Assembly (NCBI GenBank): GCA_003133025.1
Contig: PKZK01000031.1
Coordinates: forward strand, 10,980 to 36,915
Direction of reading: 5' to 3'
Length of the DNA: 25,936 bases
Origin: Vulcanimicrobiota bacterium
GTDB taxonomy: Bacteria; Vulcanimicrobiota; Vulcanimicrobiia; Vulcanimicrobiales; Vulcanimicrobiaceae
Shown in pieces: positions 1 through 7,415 of this stretch. Made by a program: the position numbers and the translations under genes. Numbering within the stretch: position 1 is the first letter of the stretch; the number at the start of each line of letters is the position of its first letter. The notes under the pieces were generated by a model that saw only the letters and a list, made by a program, of their open reading frames with translations, was not told the DNA's origin and ran no database searches.

Positions 1-480
1 TTCGTGCGCAAGCATCGCGGCCTGACCTTCAGCGTGCTGGCCGACGAAGTGGTGGTCATGCTGCCGGTGGGCCTCGCCTTGACGCGCATCGTGAATTTCA
101 TCAACGACGAACTGGTCGGCAACGTGTGCGTGCCCGACCACCCGTGGTGCATGAAGTTTCCCTCGGCCGAGGGCTATCGCTATCCCTCGCAGATTTTCGA
201 GTCGCTGCTCGACATTGCGGTGCTGCCGATCATTCTGCTCGTCTACCGGCGTAAGCCGCCGGACGGCGTGGTGGCCTGGACCTGGTTCGCGCTCTACGGT
301 GTGACCCGCTCGCTGGCCGAAATTTGGCGCCAGACCGACCTCGCGGTCGGGCCGCTCACCGGCGGCCAACTGCTCGCGCTGCCCATGATCCTCATCGGCA
401 TACTGCTGGCCGTTGCGGCCGCGCGCCGCGGGCGCCGCACCGACGTTGCGCCCTCCTTCGTTCCCGACGCCCGGATCTAG
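1..480 (+). CDS. lgt: Prolipoprotein diacylglyceryl transferase (5'-truncated by window edge)
   Basis: Hydrophobic membrane protein with Lgt-like motifs RIVNFINDEL (cf. RxGNFINGE), YPSQIFE (cf. HPSQLYE), RSLAEIWR and LTGGQLLALP. The frame is open from position 1. Confidence 0.88.
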   Translation, partial: FVRKHRGLTFSVLADEVVVMLPVGLALTRIVNFINDELVGNVCVPDHPWCMKFPSAEGYRYPSQIFESLLDIAVLPIILLVYRRKPPDGVVAWTWFALYGVTRSLAEIWRQTDLAVGPLTGGQLLALPMILIGILLAVAAARRGRRTDVAPSFVPDARI

Positions 481-494
481 TCCGGGCGGACCGA

Positions 495-517
495 GGTGCG
501 AGGGAAACCCTCGCGCC
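495..517. other. Intergenic stem-loop between lgt and yggS
   Basis: GGTGCGAGGG-AAA-CCCTCGCGCC: 7 perfect bp plus 3 more pairs (one G-U). No U-tract; function unknown. Confidence 0.4.
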
Positions 518-537
518 CGCAGGAAGTCCCCACCTTA

Positions 538-1230
538 ATGAAGCTCGAAATCGGAGTATCGCCCGCAGGCGCTCCGAGTTCGGTCGCGGAGCGCATCGAG
601 GGGATGCGCGAGTCGATCGCTGAAGCGGCGCGCTCGCTCGGCCGGGATCCGCACGGCGTCGTGCTCGTGGGCGTGACCAAGCGACAGTCGCTCGAAACGG
701 TGCGCGAAGCGCTCGCCGCGGGCTTGAACGACATCGGCGAAAACTATCTGCAAGAAGCCCGCGAGAAGTACGCCACGCTGCACGCGCGCAAGCACTTCAT
801 CGGACACATCCAGACCAACAAGGCCAAGGCGATCGTGGAAACGTTCGACGTGGTCCAATCGATCGACCGGCTCGATGCCGGCGTCGCGATCGCCCGCGCG
901 CAAGAGAAACTCGGCAAGCGCGTTCGCGCGCTGCTCCAGATCAATATCTCGCCGGCCGACCGCTTCGGCGTCGTTCCGGAGGAAGCGCCCGAGCTGGCTC
1001 GCCGCCTTCGCGAAGACGAAGGTCTCGAGGTCGACGGCGTCATGGCGATCGGGCCCATCACGGAGGACCCCAACGTGACCAAAGACGCCTTCGCGACCGC
1101 CGCACGCGCCTTCGAGCGCGTCGCCCCCACGACGCTCTCACTAGGAATGTCGGGGGACTGGCGCGAGGCGCTAGCCGCCGGTTCCACGATGTTACGCATC
1201 GGCACAGCTTTATTCGGAGCACGAGCATGA
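538..1230 (+). CDS. yggS: YggS/PLPBP pyridoxal-phosphate homeostasis protein
   Basis: VGVTK (PLP lysine), GENYLQE, HFIGHIQTNK, LSLGMSGD, MLRIGTALFG. ATG at 538 follows AGGAAG; GTG 496 and ATG 604 are alternative starts. Confidence 0.93.
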   Translation: MKLEIGVSPAGAPSSVAERIEGMRESIAEAARSLGRDPHGVVLVGVTKRQSLETVREALAAGLNDIGENYLQEAREKYATLHARKHFIGHIQTNKAKAIVETFDVVQSIDRLDAGVAIARAQEKLGKRVRALLQINISPADRFGVVPEEAPELARRLREDEGLEVDGVMAIGPITEDPNVTKDAFATAARAFERVAPTTLSLGMSGDWREALAAGSTMLRIGTALFGARA

Positions 1231-1721
1231 GCGACCGGGAAGTTACGAGCGAAGACGAGGGCCGGGACGAAGACCGGCAAGGGGCTAAGGTGGGCGTCCT
1301 GCACAGGATCGGATCGTTCTTCGCCCTGCGCGAGGACGACGAAGAAGAGGCGCTGCCCGACGACGCGCCGCCGCAGCGACCCAACGTCGTCAACTTCACC
1401 AATCGCGATCCGCGTCGCACGGGCGCCGAGGTGACGGTGTTTGCGCCCAAGTCGTTCGGTGACGTCTCGGAGATCGCCGATGCGTTGCGCAGTCGCCAAG
1501 TGGTGATCGTCAACATGCTCGGCCTCGACCGCGGCTTGCTGCAGCGCGTCGTCGACTTCACCTCGGGCGTGGCCTACACGATGGAAGGCAAAATGCAAAA
1601 GCTCGCGGAGGCGATGTACCTCGTCGTGCCGCCGGGCGTGGCGGTCAACGTCCAAGGCTTGCGCGATACCTTGGGCCGTGATTCCGGGCTCGACTTCATG
1701 GCCGACCGGGGACATGCATGA
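1227..1721 (+). CDS. sepF: Cell division protein SepF
   Basis: PKSFGDVSEIADAL, VIVNM, QRVVDFTSGVAY, YLVVPPGV. ATGA overlap with yggS; classic yggS-sepF-divIVA synteny. Confidence 0.93.
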   Translation: MSDREVTSEDEGRDEDRQGAKVGVLHRIGSFFALREDDEEEALPDDAPPQRPNVVNFTNRDPRRTGAEVTVFAPKSFGDVSEIADALRSRQVVIVNMLGLDRGLLQRVVDFTSGVAYTMEGKMQKLAEAMYLVVPPGVAVNVQGLRDTLGRDSGLDFMADRGHA

Positions 1722-2272
1722 GCAAGATCACCGTCGTCGACATCCAGCACAAGTCGTTCAAGAAGAAGCTGCAAGGCTACGATCCCTCCGACGTCGATCA
1801 GTTTCTCGACGAGATCATCGAGACGCTCGAAGACGAAGCGACCGCGCGCGCCGCGCTCGAAGCGCAGATCGGCGAACTGCGCGAGCGGATCAGCCACTTC
1901 AAGGCGATGGAAGAGTCGCTGCACAACACGTTACTGCTCGCGCAGCGCACCGCCGACGAAGTCAAGGCGTCCGCGCACAAAGAGGCCGACCTGATCCGCG
2001 CCGAGGCGCGCGTCGCGGTCGAGCGCGAGGTCGCGGGGTACGGCGAGCGCCTCAACGAGGCGCGGCGCGAATGCCAGCGCGCGATCGAGAACGCCGAGAA
2101 GGCCAAGAGCGAATTGCGCAGCCTGTTGATGACGCATCTCTCGCTGCTCGAGCGTCCCGAGGCGTCGTCGACGCCGCTCTTGCCCACCGGGCCCGCGGAG
2201 GCGAGCACCGCGCAGGAAACCAACGTGACGCCGCCGCTCAACGGTTCCTCCGCCGCCTACGCCGACGCATAG
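1718..2272 (+). CDS. divIVA: DivIVA/Wag31 family protein
   Basis: N-terminal ITVVDIQHKSFKKKLQGYDPSDVDQFLD DivIVA domain, then coiled coil with LLLAQRTADE. ATGA overlap with sepF. Confidence 0.93.
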   Translation: MSKITVVDIQHKSFKKKLQGYDPSDVDQFLDEIIETLEDEATARAALEAQIGELRERISHFKAMEESLHNTLLLAQRTADEVKASAHKEADLIRAEARVAVEREVAGYGERLNEARRECQRAIENAEKAKSELRSLLMTHLSLLERPEASSTPLLPTGPAEASTAQETNVTPPLNGSSAAYADA

Positions 2273-2278
2273 GCGATC

Positions 2279-3034
2279 GTGAGCAAGAGCGGCGGCGCGT
2301 CGTCGGCGGCGCGCGTCTATCCGGCCGGCCGCGCGGTCTTGCTCTATGCGTTTGCGGGTCCCGAACTCGCCGGCCGCCGCTTCAGCATCGAAGGCCGCCG
2401 CGTCCAAGCGATTCGCTGCGGCCGTTTGGCGCTGCTCGTCGGTTTTGCCGACCGGGAGACCTATGCCGGGGATCAGCTCGAACGCCGGCGCGGCGACGCG
2501 AATTGGCTCCGCACCGAGGCGCGCATTCACGAACTGGCCGTCGAGCGCGCCGGCGCACACGCGCCCGTCGTGCCCGCGCGCCTGTTGAGCGTCTACGGCA
2601 GCTCCGAGGCGCTCGAACAGGCGATCCGCGCCGCGTCCGTGCGCTGGTCGCGCCTGCTCGTGCGCTTGGCCGGGAAAAAAGAATACGTGCTGCACGCGTT
2701 CTTCGGGCCGCATCCCGCGCCGGCCGTCGAGTCGTACCTCTTGCGCGTGAGCGCGCGGGCCGCGCGCTCGAGTCGCGTGCCGGTGCCCAAAGCGCCGCCG
2801 CCCATCGCGAGCGCGGTGCAGGCGCTCTGGAAGGCGTGCGCCGCGAACGCGGGCGCCGTCCGCGCCTTACAACGGCCGACCACGCGCGGTGCCCTCGGCA
2901 GCGTGGCCTATCTGCTCGACGAGGGCGGCGAAGAGACGCTGCGCGCGACGCTCGCCGACGCGGCGGCCGCGGGCTCGGCGCTCGGCATCACATACTATCT
3001 CGAAGGTCCGCGCCTGCCGTTTACCTTCTCGTAG
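2279..3034 (+). CDS. GvpL/GvpF-like (gas vesicle accessory family) protein
   Basis: LYAF near the N-terminus, WLRTEARIHELAVE...PVVPARLLSVY, AYLL and C-terminal GPRLPFTF resemble GvpF/L motifs (HE.V, vlP.rfg, GPWPPYsF). Starts 6 nt after the divIVA stop. Confidence 0.7.
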   Translation: MSKSGGASSAARVYPAGRAVLLYAFAGPELAGRRFSIEGRRVQAIRCGRLALLVGFADRETYAGDQLERRRGDANWLRTEARIHELAVERAGAHAPVVPARLLSVYGSSEALEQAIRAASVRWSRLLVRLAGKKEYVLHAFFGPHPAPAVESYLLRVSARAARSSRVPVPKAPPPIASAVQALWKACAANAGAVRALQRPTTRGALGSVAYLLDEGGEETLRATLADAAAAGSALGITYYLEGPRLPFTFS

Positions 3035-3841
3035 TCAGCGGGTCAAGAGCCCGGCGTCGATCACGAACTCCGAGCCCGTGATGAAGCGGGCGCGCTCCGA
3101 GGCCAGATAGACGACGGCTTCGGCCACGTCCTCCGGTTCGATCCAGGGCACGGGTAACAGATTGCCCGCGGAACGCTCCGCGATCTCCAGCGGCGTCGCG
3201 CCCTCGATCGCCGCCAAACCGTCGTTCATCGGCGTGTTGACGCCGGTCGGATGGATCGAGATCGCGCGGATGCCGTATTGCGCGAGTTCGAGCGCGAGCG
3301 ATTTGGTCAGCCCGGTCAGGCCCCACTTCGATGCGGCATAATGGCTCAGGCGGTTCATGCCGCGCAAGCCCGCGATCGACGAGTTGTTGAGGATCACGCC
3401 GGAGCGCTGCGCGATCATTGCGGGAATGACGTATTTCGAGACCAGCCACGCACCTTTGAGGTTGATGTCGAGCATGGCGTCCCAAGCGTCTTCGCTCAGT
3501 TCGTGGGCCAGTCCGTACGCGCAGATGCCCGCGTTGTTGAAGAGGATGTCGATCCGGCCGAAACGCTCGAGCGTCGCCGCGACGGCCGCTTCGACGGCCG
3601 CGGCGTCGCGCACGTCGCCTTGGAACGCGACGCATTCGCTACCGGCGGCGGCGCATTCGGCGGCCAGCGTTTCGAGTTCGGCGTTGGAGCCCATCGCGTA
3701 CTCGGGATAAGCCAACGGTTTGGCGACATCGAAGGCGGCGATGCGTGCGCCGCGCCGGGCCAGGGCCAGGGCCGTCGCCCGGCCTTGACCGTGCGCCGCA
3801 CCCGTGATGAAGGCGACCTTGTTCTCGAATTCCCGCTCCAC
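3035..3841 (-). CDS. SDR oxidoreductase, mycofactocin-associated subfamily-like
   Basis: KVAFITGAAHGQGRA, insertion loop DVAKPLAYPEYAMGS after the Rossmann Asp, NNAG, HYAASK (YxxxK), HPTGVNTPM, PVPWIEPEDV. These match the TIGR03971-type subfamily as I recall it. Confidence 0.85.
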   Translation of the reverse strand: MEREFENKVAFITGAAHGQGRATALALARRGARIAAFDVAKPLAYPEYAMGSNAELETLAAECAAAGSECVAFQGDVRDAAAVEAAVAATLERFGRIDILFNNAGICAYGLAHELSEDAWDAMLDINLKGAWLVSKYVIPAMIAQRSGVILNNSSIAGLRGMNRLSHYAASKWGLTGLTKSLALELAQYGIRAISIHPTGVNTPMNDGLAAIEGATPLEIAERSAGNLLPVPWIEPEDVAEAVVYLASERARFITGSEFVIDAGLLTR

Positions 3842-3849
3842 GCCGGCGA

Positions 3850-4392
3850 CTACGTCGCCCCGGCGTGGCTGGGTGCGCGAAATTCGTAGAGAACCTCGTC
3901 GAGATCCACGCGCAACGCGTCGTTGAAAATGTTGGTCGCGATCATGATGGCGCCGAAGGCGGTCAGGGTCACGATCTGCGCGTCGCTACAGTGCTTGCGC
4001 AACTCGCCGTAGAGTTGGTCGGAGACGCCGTGCGCGTCGCGCGTCAGCGCGCGCCCGAAGGCGATCAGCGTTTCGTCGAGTTCGCCGAGCACGAGGTCGT
4101 CGGGGTTCTCGCCGTTCTCGATGAAGATGCGGCGAAAGAAGGTCGAACAGATCAGACAGTCGTTGGCCACGGAGATGGCGTGGGCGAAGAGATAGGTCGC
4201 GCGGTCGCCGAGAAATTGCGCGACCTCGTCGCGGAGCGGATACCAGGTCATCAGCGCTTGGAAGGCGGGCAGCGAATGACCGAGCGTGCGTTTCATGTTC
4301 GTCACGCGACCGTGTGCGCTGATCTGCGCGTCGAACTCCGCCCGGACGTCGGGCGGTGCTTGCTCGTCGCTGAGCGGCTGGATTCGAGCCAT
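3850..4392 (-). CDS. AhpD/carboxymuconolactone decarboxylase-like protein
   Basis: MARIQPL...RVTNMKRTLGHS, ISVANDCLIC (CxxC), VSDQLYGELRKHCSDAQIVTL...N..NDAL. ATG at 4392 with GAGGA upstream; the longer ORF-track start at 4638 overlaps flgF and is unlikely. Confidence 0.75.
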   Translation of the reverse strand: MARIQPLSDEQAPPDVRAEFDAQISAHGRVTNMKRTLGHSLPAFQALMTWYPLRDEVAQFLGDRATYLFAHAISVANDCLICSTFFRRIFIENGENPDDLVLGELDETLIAFGRALTRDAHGVSDQLYGELRKHCSDAQIVTLTAFGAIMIATNIFNDALRVDLDEVLYEFRAPSHAGAT

Positions 4393-4512
4393 GCGAATTC
4401 CTCGAGGGCATTGAGCGGGGAGCCGGTCGCGCTTTGCGTTTGGCGCTTCGCGCCGAAGTTCCGCCAGATTGGGGCAACGTTTCGGCAATGAAGATTCCGT
4501 AGGCTTCGCGTC

Positions 4513-5124
4513 ATGGACGGAATCCAACTGATGGCCCAGGCGATGCACGCGGCGCGGGCGCGGCTCGAGATCTCGGCCTCCAACCTCGCCAACGTATCGA
4601 GCACGGCCGGCTTCCGGCGCTCCGTCGCGCGGGTTCACCTGGGCCCGGAGGGCCTGAGCGTCTCCTCGGCGGCCGACACGAAGCCGGGCCCGCTCGAACG
4701 CACGGGCCGTAGCTGGGATGTAGCTGTGGCCGGAAACGGCGCGTTCTCGGTGCGCGGGACGGGCGGCGCCATCGAGTCGGAACGTTCCGCCTCGTTTGTG
4801 GCCGATGGCGAAGGCGTCTTACGCGACGAACGTGGCCGGGCGTTGCTGGGGCTGCGCGGCGTCGTGCGCGCCGGCTGGGCCGACGCCGTCGATGCACGCG
4901 GCGTGGTGCGCGATGCGTCGGGCAAAGCCGTCGAACAACTCCGGCTCGCGCCGGGAACCTCGCTGCGCAGCGGATTTCTCGAACGGCCGAACGTCGACGC
5001 GGTGCGCGAGATGGTCGACGTGCTCTCCGCGCAGCGCGCCTTCGAGAGCGCGCAGAAAACGCTCTCCGCGATCGACGACACGCGCGCCAAGGCGGTCAAC
5101 GAGTTGGCCAAGGTGAGCGGGTGA
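4513..5124 (+). CDS. flgF: Flagellar basal-body rod protein, FlgF-like (FlgEFG family), short and divergent
   Basis: N-terminal SNLANVSSTAGFR, TGRSWDVAVAGNGAF, C-terminal LERPNVDAVREMVDVLSAQRAFE. Position upstream of flgG suggests FlgF. Confidence 0.72.
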   Translation: MDGIQLMAQAMHAARARLEISASNLANVSSTAGFRRSVARVHLGPEGLSVSSAADTKPGPLERTGRSWDVAVAGNGAFSVRGTGGAIESERSASFVADGEGVLRDERGRALLGLRGVVRAGWADAVDARGVVRDASGKAVEQLRLAPGTSLRSGFLERPNVDAVREMVDVLSAQRAFESAQKTLSAIDDTRAKAVNELAKVSG

Positions 5125-5837
5125 ACCGCGCGCTCTACGCGGCCGCGACGGGCATGGCCGCGCAACAGCAAACCCTCGACACCGTCGCCGACAATTTGGC
5201 CAACGCCGACGTCGCCGGTTTCAAACGCGCGACCGCTACCTTCGCGGCGCTCGGCGACGGCTTGGGTACGGCGCCCGCTGGGCTGCTGCGTTCGTTCGAA
5301 CAGGGCAAACTCGAGAAGAGCGGCGGCCCGTGCGATTTGGCCATCGAGGGCGCGGGCTTCTTTCGCGTCGAGCGCGACGGCGCGACGGCATACACGCGCG
5401 CCGGCGCATTTTCGCGCGCGGCCGACGGCTCGCTGCGCGACGCGGAAGGCTGGCGGCTCCACGGGATCCGGATTCCGGCCGACGCGGTCGCGCTCGACGT
5501 GCGGCCGAACGGCACGGTCGTCGCGCGCCTGCCGGGCAACGCGTCGCGCACGCTCGGACGTATCGAACTCGCGCAGTTCGACGCGCCCGAACGCCTGCAG
5601 CCGTTGGGCTCCGCGCTGTTCGCCGCGACGCCGCTCGCGGGTAAGCCGCGGATGGTCGCGCCCGGTGGGCCCCACGGCCCGGCACTCGCCTTCGGGGCGC
5701 TCGAACACGCCAACGTCTCGATTTACGCTTCGATGATCGAGATACTCACCGCGCAACGAGCGTACGAGGCCAACGCCAAGGCCGTGCAAGCTTCCGACGA
5801 GATGCTGCGCATCGCGAACAATTTGCACCGCGGGTGA
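5121..5837 (+). CDS. flgG: Flagellar distal rod protein FlgG-like
   Basis: MNRALYAAATGMAAQQ, NLANADVAGFK, DLAIEGAGFF, YTRAGAF, LEHANV, ILTAQRAYEANAKAVQASDEML. GTGA overlap with the upstream gene. Confidence 0.85.
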   Translation: MNRALYAAATGMAAQQQTLDTVADNLANADVAGFKRATATFAALGDGLGTAPAGLLRSFEQGKLEKSGGPCDLAIEGAGFFRVERDGATAYTRAGAFSRAADGSLRDAEGWRLHGIRIPADAVALDVRPNGTVVARLPGNASRTLGRIELAQFDAPERLQPLGSALFAATPLAGKPRMVAPGGPHGPALAFGALEHANVSIYASMIEILTAQRAYEANAKAVQASDEMLRIANNLHRG

Positions 5838-5884
5838 GCGCCGAGGGTGCTGGAACGCCGCTCGTGCGCGTCGAACATGGCCGT

Positions 5885-6406
5885 ATGTCCGTGTCGCTCA
5901 AGACCCCGCTCGTCCTGGTCACCGACGACGATCTGGTCCGCGTCTCGAAGGAGAATCCCGGCTATCAGTTCGAGCGCGAGCGTGACGGCAGCGTTATCGT
6001 GAGCCCGACGTCCACCAACGGTGCGGCCAAGGAGGGCGAGGCTTTCGCTCAACTCTACGCTTATGCGAAGAAGGTTGGAGGCAAGGCGTTTAGCTCGAGT
6101 GCCGGCTTCAAACTGGACGGAGACCTGATCGTGAAGTCGCCCGATGCGTCTTGGGTGAGCCAGGCCCGCATCGAGACGCTGACGCCCGAGCAGCGTTCCG
6201 GTTTTTGGCCGCTGAGTCCCGACGTGGCCATCGAGGTCTGTTCTCCGTGTGACTCGTTCGCGACGATCGTCGAGAAGGCGGCCGCGTATATTGAGTCCGG
6301 ATCGGCATACTCCGTCGCGATCGATCCCCGGACGCGCCGGGTCGAGGAATTCGGGGTGCCACCGGCAGGTCTCACGCTGGACTTCGACGCGATCATCGAC
6401 GCGTAA
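5885..6406 (+). CDS. Uma2 (DUF820) family PD-(D/E)xK endonuclease-like protein
   Basis: ERERDGSVIVSP, SSAGFKL, SPDASWV, PDVAIEVCSP, EKAAAY, AIDP. Start is either ATG 5885 or GTG 5834 (overlapping the flgG stop). Confidence 0.85.
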   Translation: MSVSLKTPLVLVTDDDLVRVSKENPGYQFERERDGSVIVSPTSTNGAAKEGEAFAQLYAYAKKVGGKAFSSSAGFKLDGDLIVKSPDASWVSQARIETLTPEQRSGFWPLSPDVAIEVCSPCDSFATIVEKAAAYIESGSAYSVAIDPRTRRVEEFGVPPAGLTLDFDAIIDA

Positions 6407-6525
6407 CGCACGCGGCGCTCCTTCGCGCCTGGCTACATCTCGGCGCAACGTCGCGTTGACGTCGCGGCAACATCCGCACCCTACGCTCGTGTTCCCTGCG
6501 AGACCGCAAAGGAGCGCGAGCCGCC

Positions 6526-6738
6526 ATGAGACCCACCGAACCCCTCGGCGCGGGCGCGACGCACGTCGTGGCGCCCGGCCCACGTCGCGACGAGCGCGAG
6601 GTCGCGGTGCAATTCGAAGCGCTGCTCTTCGCGAGCGCGTTGAAGCCGCTGGCAGATTCGCTCGGGTTCTACGGCGAGATCGTGACCGGCGCGCTCGCTG
6701 CCGGCATCGCGCGTTCGTCCGAGCGGGCGACGCGATGA
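6526..6738 (+). CDS. Minimal FlgJ-like rod-binding protein (70 aa, no muramidase domain)
   Basis: EVAVQFEALLFASALKP resembles the FlgJ N-terminal 'A.QFEalF...mLK' helix. AAAGGAG upstream; ATGA coupling to the sigma gene; flagellar context. Confidence 0.55.
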   Translation: MRPTEPLGAGATHVVAPGPRRDEREVAVQFEALLFASALKPLADSLGFYGEIVTGALAAGIARSSERATR

Positions 6739-7415
6739 ACGACGTGACGAACGCGAGCGAGCGGGAAGCGGCGATCCGCGAACTCTTTCCGCTGGTGCGC
6801 CGTCTCGCCCGGCGCGTTAAACGGGTGGTGCCGGCGGTCGAAATCGACGACCTGGTCGGCGACGGCTGCCTCGGCGCGGTGCGTGCCGTGGACAGTTTCG
6901 ATGCGGCGCGCGGGACGCGCTTGGAGACGTACGCGCGCCGTTTGATCCTCGGTTCGATGCTCAACGGTTTGCGCCGCATCGATCCGCTCTCCGAACGGAC
7001 CCGGCGCAGGCTTCGCGAGGCCGAGCGCAAGCGCTTCGAACTCGCCCAAGAACTCGGCCGGTTACCGTCGCGGCAGGAAATGGAACGCGACGATGCGCGC
7101 TTGCGCGACGCGCACGCGGTCGCGTACCGCATGGCGACGCTCTCGACCGACGTGCCGGCAACCGAACGCGACGGGCTCGCGCTGCTCGACTGGAGCGGCG
7201 AACCCGCGCGCCTTGCGCTCGACTCGCTCGACCGTGCGGCGCTGGCCGCTGCAATTCGCCGGCTTCCCTCGCGTCAGCGCCTCGTGCTCGGATTGCACTA
7301 TTACGGCGACCTGTCGCTGCATGCGATCGGCCGTCGGCTGCACATCTCGCCGCAGCGCGCGTGCCAACTGCACGCGGGCGCGCTGGCGCGTTTGCGCGCG
7401 ACGGTGGTCCGGTGA
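6735..7415 (+). CDS. fliA: RNA polymerase sigma-28 family factor (FliA/WhiG-like), divergent
   Basis: Region 2: PLVRRLARR, DDLVGDGCLGAVRAVDSFDAARGTRLETYARRLILGSMLNGLRRID. Region 3: LAQELGRLPS. Region 4: LPSRQRLVLGLHYYGDLSLHAIG...QLH. ATG at 6735. Confidence 0.85.
   Translation: MNDVTNASEREAAIRELFPLVRRLARRVKRVVPAVEIDDLVGDGCLGAVRAVDSFDAARGTRLETYARRLILGSMLNGLRRIDPLSERTRRRLREAERKRFELAQELGRLPSRQEMERDDARLRDAHAVAYRMATLSTDVPATERDGLALLDWSGEPARLALDSLDRAALAAAIRRLPSRQRLVLGLHYYGDLSLHAIGRRLHISPQRACQLHAGALARLRATVVR

Noticed and set aside
181..201. Lgt motif YPSQIFE instead of HPSQLYE
   Set aside because: Other Lgt motifs are retained and the gene is truncated by the window; a single substitution does not support altered function.
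4400..4470. Minus-strand GGCGCGAAGCGCCAAACGCAAAGC resembling the c-di-GMP-I riboswitch core, next to flagellar genes
   Set aside because: It lacks GGCAAA and the GAAA tetraloop/receptor, has no convincing second stem, and faces away from the flagellar genes. An Infernal search with the Rfam c-di-GMP-I model would settle it.
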